Under the pieces are notes generated by a model. It did not search any database. It saw nothing but the letters and a program-made list of their open reading frames with translations, and was not told where the DNA came from. The translations under genes and the position numbers were made by a program. From an uncultured virus (IMG/VR IMGVR_UViG_3300043932_000242) (taxonomy: Duplodnaviria; Heunggongvirae; Uroviricota; Caudoviricetes): a stretch of DNA of 20,000 nucleotides. The stretch lies in the IMG/VR virus record IMGVR_UViG_3300043932_000242. One strand, written 5' to 3'. Positions 1-7,517 of the stretch are shown here, piece by piece. Position 1 is the first letter of the stretch; each line of letters starts with the position of its first letter.

Positions 1-278
1 AGGTCTGGGTGGTGGCGGCGCAGATAGGCCGACAGGCAGACACGCTCGAAGGCCGCGTTGAACGCCGACTTCGTGACAGCCGGGTCGGTGAGCACCTGGA
101 GGAGCTCGGCTGGGATGGGCTCACCCCGGGCCAGGTCGATGACCTCAGCGGGTGCCCCGTCAATGCTGTAACCAAACAAGAGGATGCGGAAGGCCTCATC
201 TTCGGCGTATGTGTACACACCCGCGGTGGCGAGGTTGGTGGGGCTGAAGGTTTCAAGGTCCAGGGAGAGCGTGCGCAT
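1..278 (-). CDS. Phage-type family A DNA polymerase, N-terminal 3'-5' exonuclease domain (partial, runs off the window)
   Basis: Not in the ORF track. Manual translation from ATG at 278 gives MRTLSLDLETFSPTNLATAGVYTYAEDEAFRILLFGYSIDG...KSAFNAAFERVCL, with ExoI (DLET) and ExoII (AFNAAFE) motifs. AGGA SD upstream; follows DUF2815. Confidence 0.88.
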   Translation of the reverse strand, partial: MRTLSLDLETFSPTNLATAGVYTYAEDEAFRILLFGYSIDGAPAEVIDLARGEPIPAELLQVLTDPAVTKSAFNAAFERVCLSAYLRRHHPD

Positions 279-306
279 TGGGTGTCCTATCTATAGATGT
301 GGTTGG

Positions 307-355
307 GGCGGGACACCCGCGCCGAGCAAATGCTCAGACCACAAGGTGTCCCGCC
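307..355 (-). promoter_or_regulatory. Intergenic stem-loop between the SSB and polymerase genes
   Basis: Perfect 11-bp inverted repeat GGCGGGACACC (307-317) / GGTGTCCCGCC (345-355), with an inner GAGCA/TGCTC repeat. No U-tract. Confidence 0.55.
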
Positions 356-373
356 ACGGAGTCGGAGTCGGGG

Positions 374-922
374 TTAGGCCAGGAAGTCATCCCCGGCACT
401 GAACGCTGCGAAATCATCCGCAGCACTCGTGCGGCCACCACCCAGCGGCTCCCCGTCACGGAGCTTCTGGACGTTGCCCAGCCCACAGGCAATCCCACGG
501 TTGCCGTTGGTGTTGAAGGCGTAGAAGTTCAGGGAGACGCGGGCGTAGCAGCCGGAGTACACCTCCGCGGGTGAGAGCACCGGGTTGAGGTCCTGGTCGA
601 CGACCTCGGGTGGCAGGGTGGAGTTGGCGTTGACGAAGACGCAGCCGGCATAGGCTTCGTCGTCACGTTCGGTGTCCCCGTCACGCAGCGGCAGCTTGAG
701 GGCGGCCTTGTTGGGTCGCTTGCCACCGAACTTTCCGATGCCAGCGTCGATGGCGGCGTCGATGGCTCGCTCGATCTTGCCGATCGTCTCTCGATCAGAC
801 TTCGGGATGATCAGGGAGACGGAGTACTTGGGCTTGGAGCCCTGGATGGACTGGGGCTCGAAAAGGTGGGCGTAGGACAGTCGGACTTCGCCGGTGACAA
901 CGCGAGTCGGATTGGTGTTCAT
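374..922 (-). CDS. DUF2815 family phage single-stranded DNA-binding protein (T7 gp2.5-like)
   Basis: Motifs VRLSYAHLFEP, KYSVSLIIPK, LPLRDGD, VYSGCYARVSLNFYAFN, GIACGLGNVQK; acidic/aromatic tail DDFLA; strong SD AAGGAGGT. Confidence 0.92.
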   Translation of the reverse strand: MNTNPTRVVTGEVRLSYAHLFEPQSIQGSKPKYSVSLIIPKSDRETIGKIERAIDAAIDAGIGKFGGKRPNKAALKLPLRDGDTERDDEAYAGCVFVNANSTLPPEVVDQDLNPVLSPAEVYSGCYARVSLNFYAFNTNGNRGIACGLGNVQKLRDGEPLGGGRTSAADDFAAFSAGDDFLA

Positions 923-940
923 GATGGTTGACCTCCTTGG

Positions 941-2080
941 TCAGTTGGTGTTGGTGTTGGTGTTGAAATCGGTGGCAGCACTCACGCGGTGCAGTGCTGG
1001 TCTCTTGTCGGATTCGGGAACGAGAGTGGGCTTGCCTTCGGGCTTGATGACCAGGTCCCCGAGCGTCTCGGTGAAGGCCCGCTTTCCCATTTGGCGTTCC
1101 ATGGCGGTGATGCCGATCAGGCGCTTATCCCAGATGTCGCTGTAGCCAGCCTTCTTGGCGGCCTCTGCCACTGCCGCCTCGTCGGTGTATCTGCGGATGG
1201 AAGGTCCGGCGACGACCTTGAACCCGGGAATCTGGGTGCCAGCTTGGGCCTTTGAGAGCGCCCATGCTTCGACGTCGGACGCCCAGGCTTTCAGCTCAGG
1301 GATCTTCGCCAGCACCTCAGCAACCTCAGACACAGACAGTTCTGCGGGTGGTGCGAACTCGTGCTTGGCTAGCACGAGGTTCGACTCGGCCCTGGCCCGG
1401 CATGTGGGTGCGATGCGGCAGAACTGGCACCACGGGCCGGCGGCGTACTCGCCCTCACCGCGGGCAGCCAGGTCGGCAATCGGTTTGACCGTGTTCTCAC
1501 CCCAGGCGATGAGGTCCTGGGTGCTGATCGACCAGGTTTCGATGTTGGCGCGACGCGGCTGGAAGATCGACAAGCTCACCTCACGAATGTCGTAGAGCGC
1601 ATCGAACGCTGCCAGGGCTCCAAGCCCATAGAGCATCAACTGGGGATTCTCCACGGGGCTGACTTCGACGCCCATCCCGTACTTCAGGTCAATGACCTGC
1701 AAGGTGGGTTCTGCGACGATGACACAGTCCCCGGTCCCGAAGCCGCCCGGTGCGAGGTGTGAGTAGTCGAGGCGCTGCTCGACATACACCTGCGGGTCGC
1801 TGCAGTGCTCCCGAGCAGAGGCGAGGTGCTGGGCAACGAACTGCACGTAGTCGTCGGTGTGGCCTTCCATCTCCTCATCGATCCACTCCGAGGTGGGACG
1901 CTTCGCTCGGCGCTTCAAAAACCGCAGCAGCTTGTACTCAGCCAGCGCATGCGCGGCCGTACCCTGCAAGGCAGCGTCCGACGACGCATCTGCCACGCCA
2001 TCAACGGCGAGTGCGGAAGGCGGGCAGTGCAACCAGCGGTGAGCACTCGAAGCGCTCAGTAGTGCGTGTTGGTCAGGCAT
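941..2080 (-). CDS. DUF2800 family Cas4-like PD-(D/E)XK nuclease
   Basis: HALLSASSAHRWLHCPPS, GTAAH, EQR...GTGD...DLKYG, QLMLY, plus WCQFC....C, consistent with four-Cys Fe-S ligands. Start reassigned to ATG 2080, which overlaps the upstream stop. Confidence 0.9.
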   Translation of the reverse strand: MPDQHALLSASSAHRWLHCPPSALAVDGVADASSDAALQGTAAHALAEYKLLRFLKRRAKRPTSEWIDEEMEGHTDDYVQFVAQHLASAREHCSDPQVYVEQRLDYSHLAPGGFGTGDCVIVAEPTLQVIDLKYGMGVEVSPVENPQLMLYGLGALAAFDALYDIREVSLSIFQPRRANIETWSISTQDLIAWGENTVKPIADLAARGEGEYAAGPWCQFCRIAPTCRARAESNLVLAKHEFAPPAELSVSEVAEVLAKIPELKAWASDVEAWALSKAQAGTQIPGFKVVAGPSIRRYTDEAAVAEAAKKAGYSDIWDKRLIGITAMERQMGKRAFTETLGDLVIKPEGKPTLVPESDKRPALHRVSAATDFNTNTNTN

Positions 2081-2477
2081 GGGCGATCTCCTCAGCCCCA
2101 GCCATGATCTGGCCAAACTTCGCCGGGTCCACCTCCGAGAGGGCCTTCGCTCCGGCTTCCAGGATGAGCTGGCGCACCTGGGCGGTGTAGCCCTGCTGGG
2201 ACAGCTCCGCCAGGAAAGCCCGTACCTCTTCGAGCGTGTACTCGCGCACCGGCTCGGCAGGCTTGGCAGATTCCTCGGCTTCTACGCGTTCTTCGAGCTC
2301 GGCCTGGAAGGCCGGCTCCTCCAAACGGGCAGCGGCAACCGGACGGGCACCAGCCAACGCGTACTCATCCTCAATGCCTTCCCAGCCATCGGCTTCAAGC
2401 GCCTGGGCAATCTGGGAAAGGCCCTCCATGGTGCGGTTGATACCTGCGATCAGGGCGTTGCGGTGCTGCGGATTCAT
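2073..2477 (-). CDS. Conserved phage hypothetical protein preceding DUF2800
   Basis: C-terminal TLEEVRAFLAELSQQGYTAQVRQLILEAGAKALSEVDP resembles the small acidic protein usually found upstream of DUF2800. Coupled by overlaps to both neighbours. Confidence 0.8.
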   Translation of the reverse strand: MNPQHRNALIAGINRTMEGLSQIAQALEADGWEGIEDEYALAGARPVAAARLEEPAFQAELEERVEAEESAKPAEPVREYTLEEVRAFLAELSQQGYTAQVRQLILEAGAKALSEVDPAKFGQIMAGAEEIAHA

Positions 2478-2752
2478 GCCGCATCACCACCAACGCGGTG
2501 GAGCTTCCTGCCTGCCGGGTGACGCTGGACCGCAGCGTCCAGGGCTGCAGCCTCCTCATCAGGGAGGTCGGTGGGACGGCGGATGAGGCTGACATCGTGG
2601 ACCCGGTGGCCGGGGACGATGACAGTCAGTTCGTTCATGGGACCGAACAGCCAGCGCATGATGCGCTCTCGAATGCCCATTTGGGCGAGGTTGATGTCGG
2701 CTGCCGAGTCCGGTGCCTCGGTGATGCCGACTCGTACATGACGACCAGTCAT
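2474..2752 (-). CDS. Conserved phage hypothetical protein (92 aa)
   Basis: Start reassigned to ATG 2752 after SD GAAAGGA. Core IRERIMRWLFG...LTVIVPG; stop overlaps the next ATG (ATGA). Confidence 0.75.
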   Translation of the reverse strand: MTGRHVRVGITEAPDSAADINLAQMGIRERIMRWLFGPMNELTVIVPGHRVHDVSLIRRPTDLPDEEAAALDAAVQRHPAGRKLHRVGGDAA

Positions 2753-2787
2753 TGTTGGTGTCCTTTCACTCGAAGTTCTCTGGTCAC

Positions 2788-3375
2788 TCATGCGTCTTTG
2801 GCGTCGTGCGAATCCGGACAACCGTAGGGATATTCTTTTCGGATCTTGGCCACGGCCCGCGTCACCGCTCGGCGGATACTGTTCGCGCGGCGTTCGATGG
2901 TCTGCTCATCGCCATCTGGGTTCTCCATTCGGGCGAGCTCGACGTAGGTGCACTCGTCATCACCGAGGCTCATCTGGATCCACCTGCTCTGCTGCGCAGA
3001 AACCAGCGAGAGGATGTCACCGAGGGCGCGCTTTGCGTCGATGGTGCGGATCACCAGCTCGGACGGGTCTTCACTCTCAAGAGCTGCTAGGTGTTCTTCG
3101 GGGTCCCCAGGTGCGGCGCTTTTGCGGGTGTTCTCCCTCTGGCGGAACACCTTGTAGGCGTCCTCGAGCAGCCCCTTCTTCCAGGGGTCGGTGACGCTGG
3201 GATCGAGCAGTGCTTGCTGGAGCTCGGGGCTGAACTCTGGCCAGTCGTAGAGCGTGATCTCGGCATAGCCACGTTTTGAGGGCACGTATGCCATCGCGTG
3301 GGTGCGCCCTCTGGAGTCTCGGGACAGCCAGACCTCATAGGGCTGACGATTAGTGGTGTTCTTCTTGCGTGCCAT
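2788..3375 (-). CDS. Sigma-70 region 4-like HTH regulator
   Basis: SD AGGAGG. C-terminal TYVELARMEN...NSIRRAVTRAVAKIRKEY resembles a sigma4 HTH with an insertion. Heads the replication genes. Confidence 0.6.
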   Translation of the reverse strand: MARKKNTTNRQPYEVWLSRDSRGRTHAMAYVPSKRGYAEITLYDWPEFSPELQQALLDPSVTDPWKKGLLEDAYKVFRQRENTRKSAAPGDPEEHLAALESEDPSELVIRTIDAKRALGDILSLVSAQQSRWIQMSLGDDECTYVELARMENPDGDEQTIERRANSIRRAVTRAVAKIRKEYPYGCPDSHDAKDA

Positions 3376-3640
3376 TGCGGCCTCCTGTCGCTTACTGCGA
3401 CGGAGACCCGGCTCCTACCTGGACACTGGTGCTGCGTGAGGATCAACCTGGGGACGAAAACAGGGCAGGCCAACGCCTCCCAGACACATGGGTCTGGGCG
3501 ACGTGACCTGCCCTGGACGTCCAGACGGGCGGATCCCCGCGCGGATTATTGAAAGATTGGGTGCGGGCAGCTGTCCCGCTTGTCATCGAATGAGGGTGTG
3601 AGGGTGCCCGGCCGGTACCAGACCAGACACCCCCGGTCAG
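3376..3640 (-). promoter_or_regulatory. Highly structured leader RNA upstream of the sigma-like gene
   Basis: Four hairpins: 3600-3634 (14 bp with 4 G-U pairs that form only on the minus strand), 3563-3579, 3452-3522, and 3382-3405 (pairs with the SD). Confidence 0.6.
3452..3522 (-). terminator. Putative intrinsic terminator/attenuator in the leader
   Basis: Nested inverted repeats CAGGGCAGG (3461-3469)/CCTGCCCTG (3507-3515) and CCCAGAC (3479-3485)/GTCTGGG (3492-3498), followed on the minus strand by TTTT (3457-3460). The U-tract is short. Confidence 0.5.
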
Positions 3641-3787
3641 CTACTTCTTCCCTCCCTTGGGCTTAGAAGCCCTCTGGCTCAGTGCAGAAGCAGCGGCTCG
3701 CTTGGCTGTCTTGGAGTACCTGCCGCCATGCAGGACCTTCGATGCGGCAGAAGCAGCAGCCTTGCTGGTTCGACGTTGACTCGTCAT
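3641..3787 (-). CDS. Small basic Lys/Ala/Ser-rich protein (48 aa), below the ORF-track cutoff
   Basis: Very strong SD GGAGGAGGTGA, then MTSQRRTSKAAASAASKVLHGGRYSKTAKRAAASALSQRASKPKGGKK*. No acidic residues; internal two-fold repeat. Confidence 0.8.
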   Translation of the reverse strand: MTSQRRTSKAAASAASKVLHGGRYSKTAKRAAASALSQRASKPKGGKK

Positions 3788-3974
3788 CTCAGTTCACCTC
3801 CTCCCAGTCAGCTCGATTCGTCCTTTTTGCCGAGTTTTTCTCTCGGTCCACCTACACCGGCTGGTAACATGGACCACAGAGGTCGATGCACCAACACCGG
3901 TGGATTGGCTCGATTTCAACGGTAGAGAAGTGCCCCGAACCCACCGCGGGCGAAAAAGGGCGAAAGGAGGCGAA

Positions 3975-5006
3975 GTGGCTCGCCCTGTTTCTCCGCAGTA
4001 CGCCCTTGGCGCGCTGCTTCAGGTAATCCGCCCGGCGCTTTCATTGAAGGTCAAGACAGACGCGGGGTTCGTCAGGGACTTTTTTGATCACGTCTGCGAT
4101 ACGAAGTTGTGCCCCAAGCCGATGCCGAAGGGCGAAGGAAACAAAAACACCGTGAAGGGCGGCTGGTTCAAAGGCGTCGACAGAGGTGACCTCGGCAAAT
4201 ACTGGCGAGGTGAGCGCCCTTTACCTGAACCCGTTGCCTCACGGATACTGCCAGCTATCCGCAAGCCGCTAATTTCCGAAATATTGCGGCAAACGAGCAC
4301 ATTCGACGCAATGTCTCGGCTGGCGAGCAAACTGAACCGGGATGGCTTAGAAATCAAAAACACTCAGGATCTGTGCGATGCCATCTACACACTCTTGTAC
4401 GACGTCATCGAAGCTAACTCGAAGCGGCAAGACCTACTCAAAGACAGCGACTCAGTGCATACCGTCATTCCAGGCATCCGCACCTACGAACTGTCTACCG
4501 GCCGTATTTCAGGCAATTCGCTACAGATCGGCACCTCGAGCATCCCGATTTCGCCAGCCCCGCCCGTCCCTGAGGAGTTAGCTCCTGAAGAGGTCTACGT
4601 GCAACGCGCTCTTGAAGCGATCGCAGAAAAACTTGGGAAGGAGCCCGTCTCCTTCGAGCATCTAAAGAGTCTCCCGGGCAAATACGCAAAGTTTTTGGTC
4701 CGTCAGCGCACCCATTACTGGTCCGCGGTTGGGCGTCACCGCAACCTGCAGGAGATTCGCCCGGATGACGGGGATGAACAGTTTGAACGGATCAAGGATG
4801 ATCTTGACGACTTCCTCGAAACCACGTGGATGTCCGATGTTTTCCCTGACGGTTACGAGCGGATGCTGAAGACGCTTGGGCAGGCTAGCCATTATCAGGT
4901 CGGGGGGTCTGTTCTAACGAGCATCCCTGACCTGTTTGCTGCGAGCCACAAGCAAGGCATGACGCACATGCTGGTCAACGAGGACCGAATCGAGTGGTCG
5001 TCATGA
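3975..5006 (+). CDS. ABC three-component system protein with CTD6-type C-terminal domain (Lamassu LmuA-like position)
   Basis: C-terminal EVYVQRALEA...RQRTHYWSA...FERIKDDL...DGYERM...KQGMTHMLVNEDRIEW matches the CTD6 pattern. GTG at 3975 follows SD AAAGGAGG; ATGA overlap with the next gene. Confidence 0.8.
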   Translation: MARPVSPQYALGALLQVIRPALSLKVKTDAGFVRDFFDHVCDTKLCPKPMPKGEGNKNTVKGGWFKGVDRGDLGKYWRGERPLPEPVASRILPAIRKPLISEILRQTSTFDAMSRLASKLNRDGLEIKNTQDLCDAIYTLLYDVIEANSKRQDLLKDSDSVHTVIPGIRTYELSTGRISGNSLQIGTSSIPISPAPPVPEELAPEEVYVQRALEAIAEKLGKEPVSFEHLKSLPGKYAKFLVRQRTHYWSAVGRHRNLQEIRPDDGDEQFERIKDDLDDFLETTWMSDVFPDGYERMLKTLGQASHYQVGGSVLTSIPDLFAASHKQGMTHMLVNEDRIEWSS

Positions 5007-5425
5007 GCAGCAGAATATTCAACTCGGAGTTCGAAAACTGCATGCGACTGCTTGTCGCTCTAAACAAGTTCAAAACCGCGGTGACAGCTACCGAGCTTGC
5101 TGACGCCGACTTCGCAGCAACTTACGCCAGGCACTTCAGACTCGGCAGAACCGACCTGCACGGCTCTACAACCTTCGTTAATGCGATTTACACGCAGCGT
5201 CGAAGCAAAGCTCACGAGGCAATCCAGGTGCTAGTTGCGCACGGTTACGCCTATGCAGACCACGCTGGTGACGTGCCGCGCTTTACGATCTCCGAGACTG
5301 GCGCACACCTGGTGAGCCACGTGTCTTCTAGCTACGCCCAGCACTACCAACGCTACGTTGCAGCAGCATTGTCGGCGCTACGCAACGACACGCTGCAGCT
5401 GGTCGGTGTGAAGGAGGAAGCATGA
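5003..5425 (+). CDS. ABC three-component system middle component (MC2-like)
   Basis: IFNSEFENCMRLLVAL, ADFAATYARHF, LHG motifs; about 140 aa; ATGA overlaps at both ends. Confidence 0.8.
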   Translation: MSSRIFNSEFENCMRLLVALNKFKTAVTATELADADFAATYARHFRLGRTDLHGSTTFVNAIYTQRRSKAHEAIQVLVAHGYAYADHAGDVPRFTISETGAHLVSHVSSSYAQHYQRYVAAALSALRNDTLQLVGVKEEA

Positions 5426-7248
5426 GCGGATTTTGGATTAGCGAGATTCGCGCATACCCAAACCAAGGCGCCCCTTCCACGATCACGCTCACACAGGGCT
5501 TGAACGTCATTGCCGGGCCCTCAAATAGCGGGAAAACTCGCGTCGCCCGAACTATCGACTTCATCATGGGCGGGGACCTCGTCCCTTTCACCGATGACTC
5601 GGACTACTGCACCGCAGAAATCGAGCTTGTCACTGCTGAGGGAGAAATCGTCACCCTGCGACGCAGCATCGGAGGAGACTACGTTGTCAGTCCACAGCCT
5701 GGCACTGAAGGCAAGGTCTACAGCGTAAAGCGAGATGACAAGGATACTGAGACGGATCTGAACTCGTTCCTAGTATCGCTGCTCGATTTCAAGCCCAGCC
5801 GCAAGGTCATCAAGAATTCCAGCTGGGAGAGTCAGACGCTGACATGGCGCAGCCTTTTCCACCTGCTGTACGTGCCTGAGAGCTACATCGATCGGCTCGA
5901 CTCAACAATCTTGCGCAAGGGTGGAGACAAAGATTACGTCACTCGTACTGCGGAACTATCGACGCTGCTCGTGCTCGCGCAAGACGAAAACTTCGATGAC
6001 ATTGAGTCTCAAGAATCTGACAAAGATCGCCGTATCCGCCAGAGATCAGTCAAGCAGTTCATCACCAGGCAAGTTGAGGCAGCTCGCAAGAAGGAGACGG
6101 AGCTCAGGGAAGTAGAGGAGCAGTACCGGGGCCGTGATATAGAAGCGGAACTCGCTACCCTCAACGCCGAGTTCGACCAGCTTCGTCGAGACCAGATCGA
6201 GCTCAACGCCACCGGGCGGACGATTACCACGAAGATCAAAGAGATCGATGAGAACGTCGCGGCCTTTGCAGTAGACAAGTACCAGCGGCAAGAACTCATC
6301 AGCCACCTGGAAGCCGACCTGCACCGGCTCGAGTTCCTCGCCGAGGCGAGCGTTGATCCCGACACGTTGAACATCAACATGTGCGGTTACTGCAAGCAAC
6401 CAGTAGACGCGAGCATGAACCATCCCAGTCAGGAACAAATCGACGTCCAGCGCACTCGCCTAGAAGAGCAACTCGCGGGCGCACGCTCCAACCTGGCCGA
6501 GCTGGACTACACGATGTCGGAACTGACCCAACAGCGAGCTGACCTGGTGCTCAAGCATGCCGAACTTCAAGATAGAATCGCTCACACGATCACGCCGCGC
6601 CAAGAACAGCTGACGCGTGAGGTTCGCACGCTCAAGGAGGTAGCGGGTATACAAGCGCGTCTCGAGCAGCTCCAGGAAACAATCCTGGCCCTGACTGATC
6701 TGGGACCGCAAGCGGCTGAGAAGCGGGAACCATACAAGCCTATGGAGTTTTTCAACGCGGACTTCATCTACTCGATGGACACCACGATTCGTCGGATCCT
6801 CCATGAAATCGGCTTTCCCTCTGCTGACGCGGCGGTATTCGACGAGGCCACCCTCGACGTGACGATCGACGGATACCGGAAGGACACCAAGGAGGGTAAA
6901 GGCTTCGCTGCCTTGCTCAACACCGTGGTGATGGTCGCCTTCCATGAGTACCTTGATCAACGCTCGCCCCACGCGCCGCACTTCCTCATCATTGATTCTC
7001 CTCTGAAAAACTTTGACGACAGCCAGCTCACCGCGCCGGACTCCATGCGACAGAAGCTGCTCGGCTACATCGCCCGCACGACCACCAACCGTCAGGTCAT
7101 CCTGTGTGAGAACCTCAATCTTCTCAGTGGGGTGGACCTCGACGCACTTCCCAACACGACAGCCATCCGATTCAGCAAAGACCCGTACCAGGGCCGCTAC
7201 GGCTACCTCGACGGGGTCTACGAGCCGGGAGAACACCCACATGAGTAG
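5422..7248 (+). CDS. SMC/Rad50-like coiled-coil ABC ATPase of the ABC-3C (Lamassu LmuB-like) system
   Basis: Walker A GPSNSGKT, long coiled coils around a CGYC zinc hook, degenerate signature EGKG, Walker B FLIIDSP. Confidence 0.88.
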   Translation: MSGFWISEIRAYPNQGAPSTITLTQGLNVIAGPSNSGKTRVARTIDFIMGGDLVPFTDDSDYCTAEIELVTAEGEIVTLRRSIGGDYVVSPQPGTEGKVYSVKRDDKDTETDLNSFLVSLLDFKPSRKVIKNSSWESQTLTWRSLFHLLYVPESYIDRLDSTILRKGGDKDYVTRTAELSTLLVLAQDENFDDIESQESDKDRRIRQRSVKQFITRQVEAARKKETELREVEEQYRGRDIEAELATLNAEFDQLRRDQIELNATGRTITTKIKEIDENVAAFAVDKYQRQELISHLEADLHRLEFLAEASVDPDTLNINMCGYCKQPVDASMNHPSQEQIDVQRTRLEEQLAGARSNLAELDYTMSELTQQRADLVLKHAELQDRIAHTITPRQEQLTREVRTLKEVAGIQARLEQLQETILALTDLGPQAAEKREPYKPMEFFNADFIYSMDTTIRRILHEIGFPSADAAVFDEATLDVTIDGYRKDTKEGKGFAALLNTVVMVAFHEYLDQRSPHAPHFLIIDSPLKNFDDSQLTAPDSMRQKLLGYIARTTTNRQVILCENLNLLSGVDLDALPNTTAIRFSKDPYQGRYGYLDGVYEPGEHPHE

Positions 7249-7489
7249 CCAATCCACCAAGCTCAAGATCAGCTATAAACCCCTGTGGAAAACACTGATC
7301 GACAAAGGAATGCGCAAACAGGACCTCCGCGAAAAGGCGAAAATCTCGGCATCCACGATCGCCAAACTCGGCCGGGACGAGAACGTCACAACCGCAGTAC
7401 TCGTGCGCATATGCGAAGCACTCGAATGCGGGCTAGGCGACGTGGCTGTTTTAGAACGACGTCCAAGCCAAGAGAACATTAGCCAATAG
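7241..7489 (+). CDS. XRE/Cro-C1 family helix-turn-helix transcriptional regulator
   Basis: ISYKPLWKTLIDKGMRKQDLREKAKISASTIAKLGRDENVTTAVLVRICEALEC. ATG 7241 overlaps the ATPase stop. Confidence 0.9.
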   Translation: MSSQSTKLKISYKPLWKTLIDKGMRKQDLREKAKISASTIAKLGRDENVTTAVLVRICEALECGLGDVAVLERRPSQENISQ

Positions 7490-7517
7490 AACTAAGAAAC
7501 AATCCAAGGAACATTTA

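Larger units (their letters stand above)
1..3787 (-). mobile_element. Prophage-like early/replication module (continues left of the window)
   Basis: Co-oriented, tightly packed genes: sigma-like regulator, DUF2800 nuclease, DUF2815 SSB, family A DNA polymerase. This order is typical of prophage-like elements of Gram-positive bacteria. No att site or integrase is visible in the window. Confidence 0.75.

Noticed and set aside
941..2080. Cas4-like gene as evidence of CRISPR-Cas
   Set aside because: No array or other cas genes; the DUF2815/polymerase context indicates a phage nuclease.
3682..3867. Plus-strand 61-aa ORF and the GCAGAAGCAGC direct repeat (3684, 3747) as operators
   Set aside because: Both are explained by the antisense 48-aa peptide: the repeat encodes its two AASA segments.
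3900..3974. ORF-track start at 3900 (and similarly 2116, 2821, 4994, 7013, 10504, 11618)
   Set aside because: Downstream starts have clear SD sequences or stop/start overlaps and fit the expected N-termini better.
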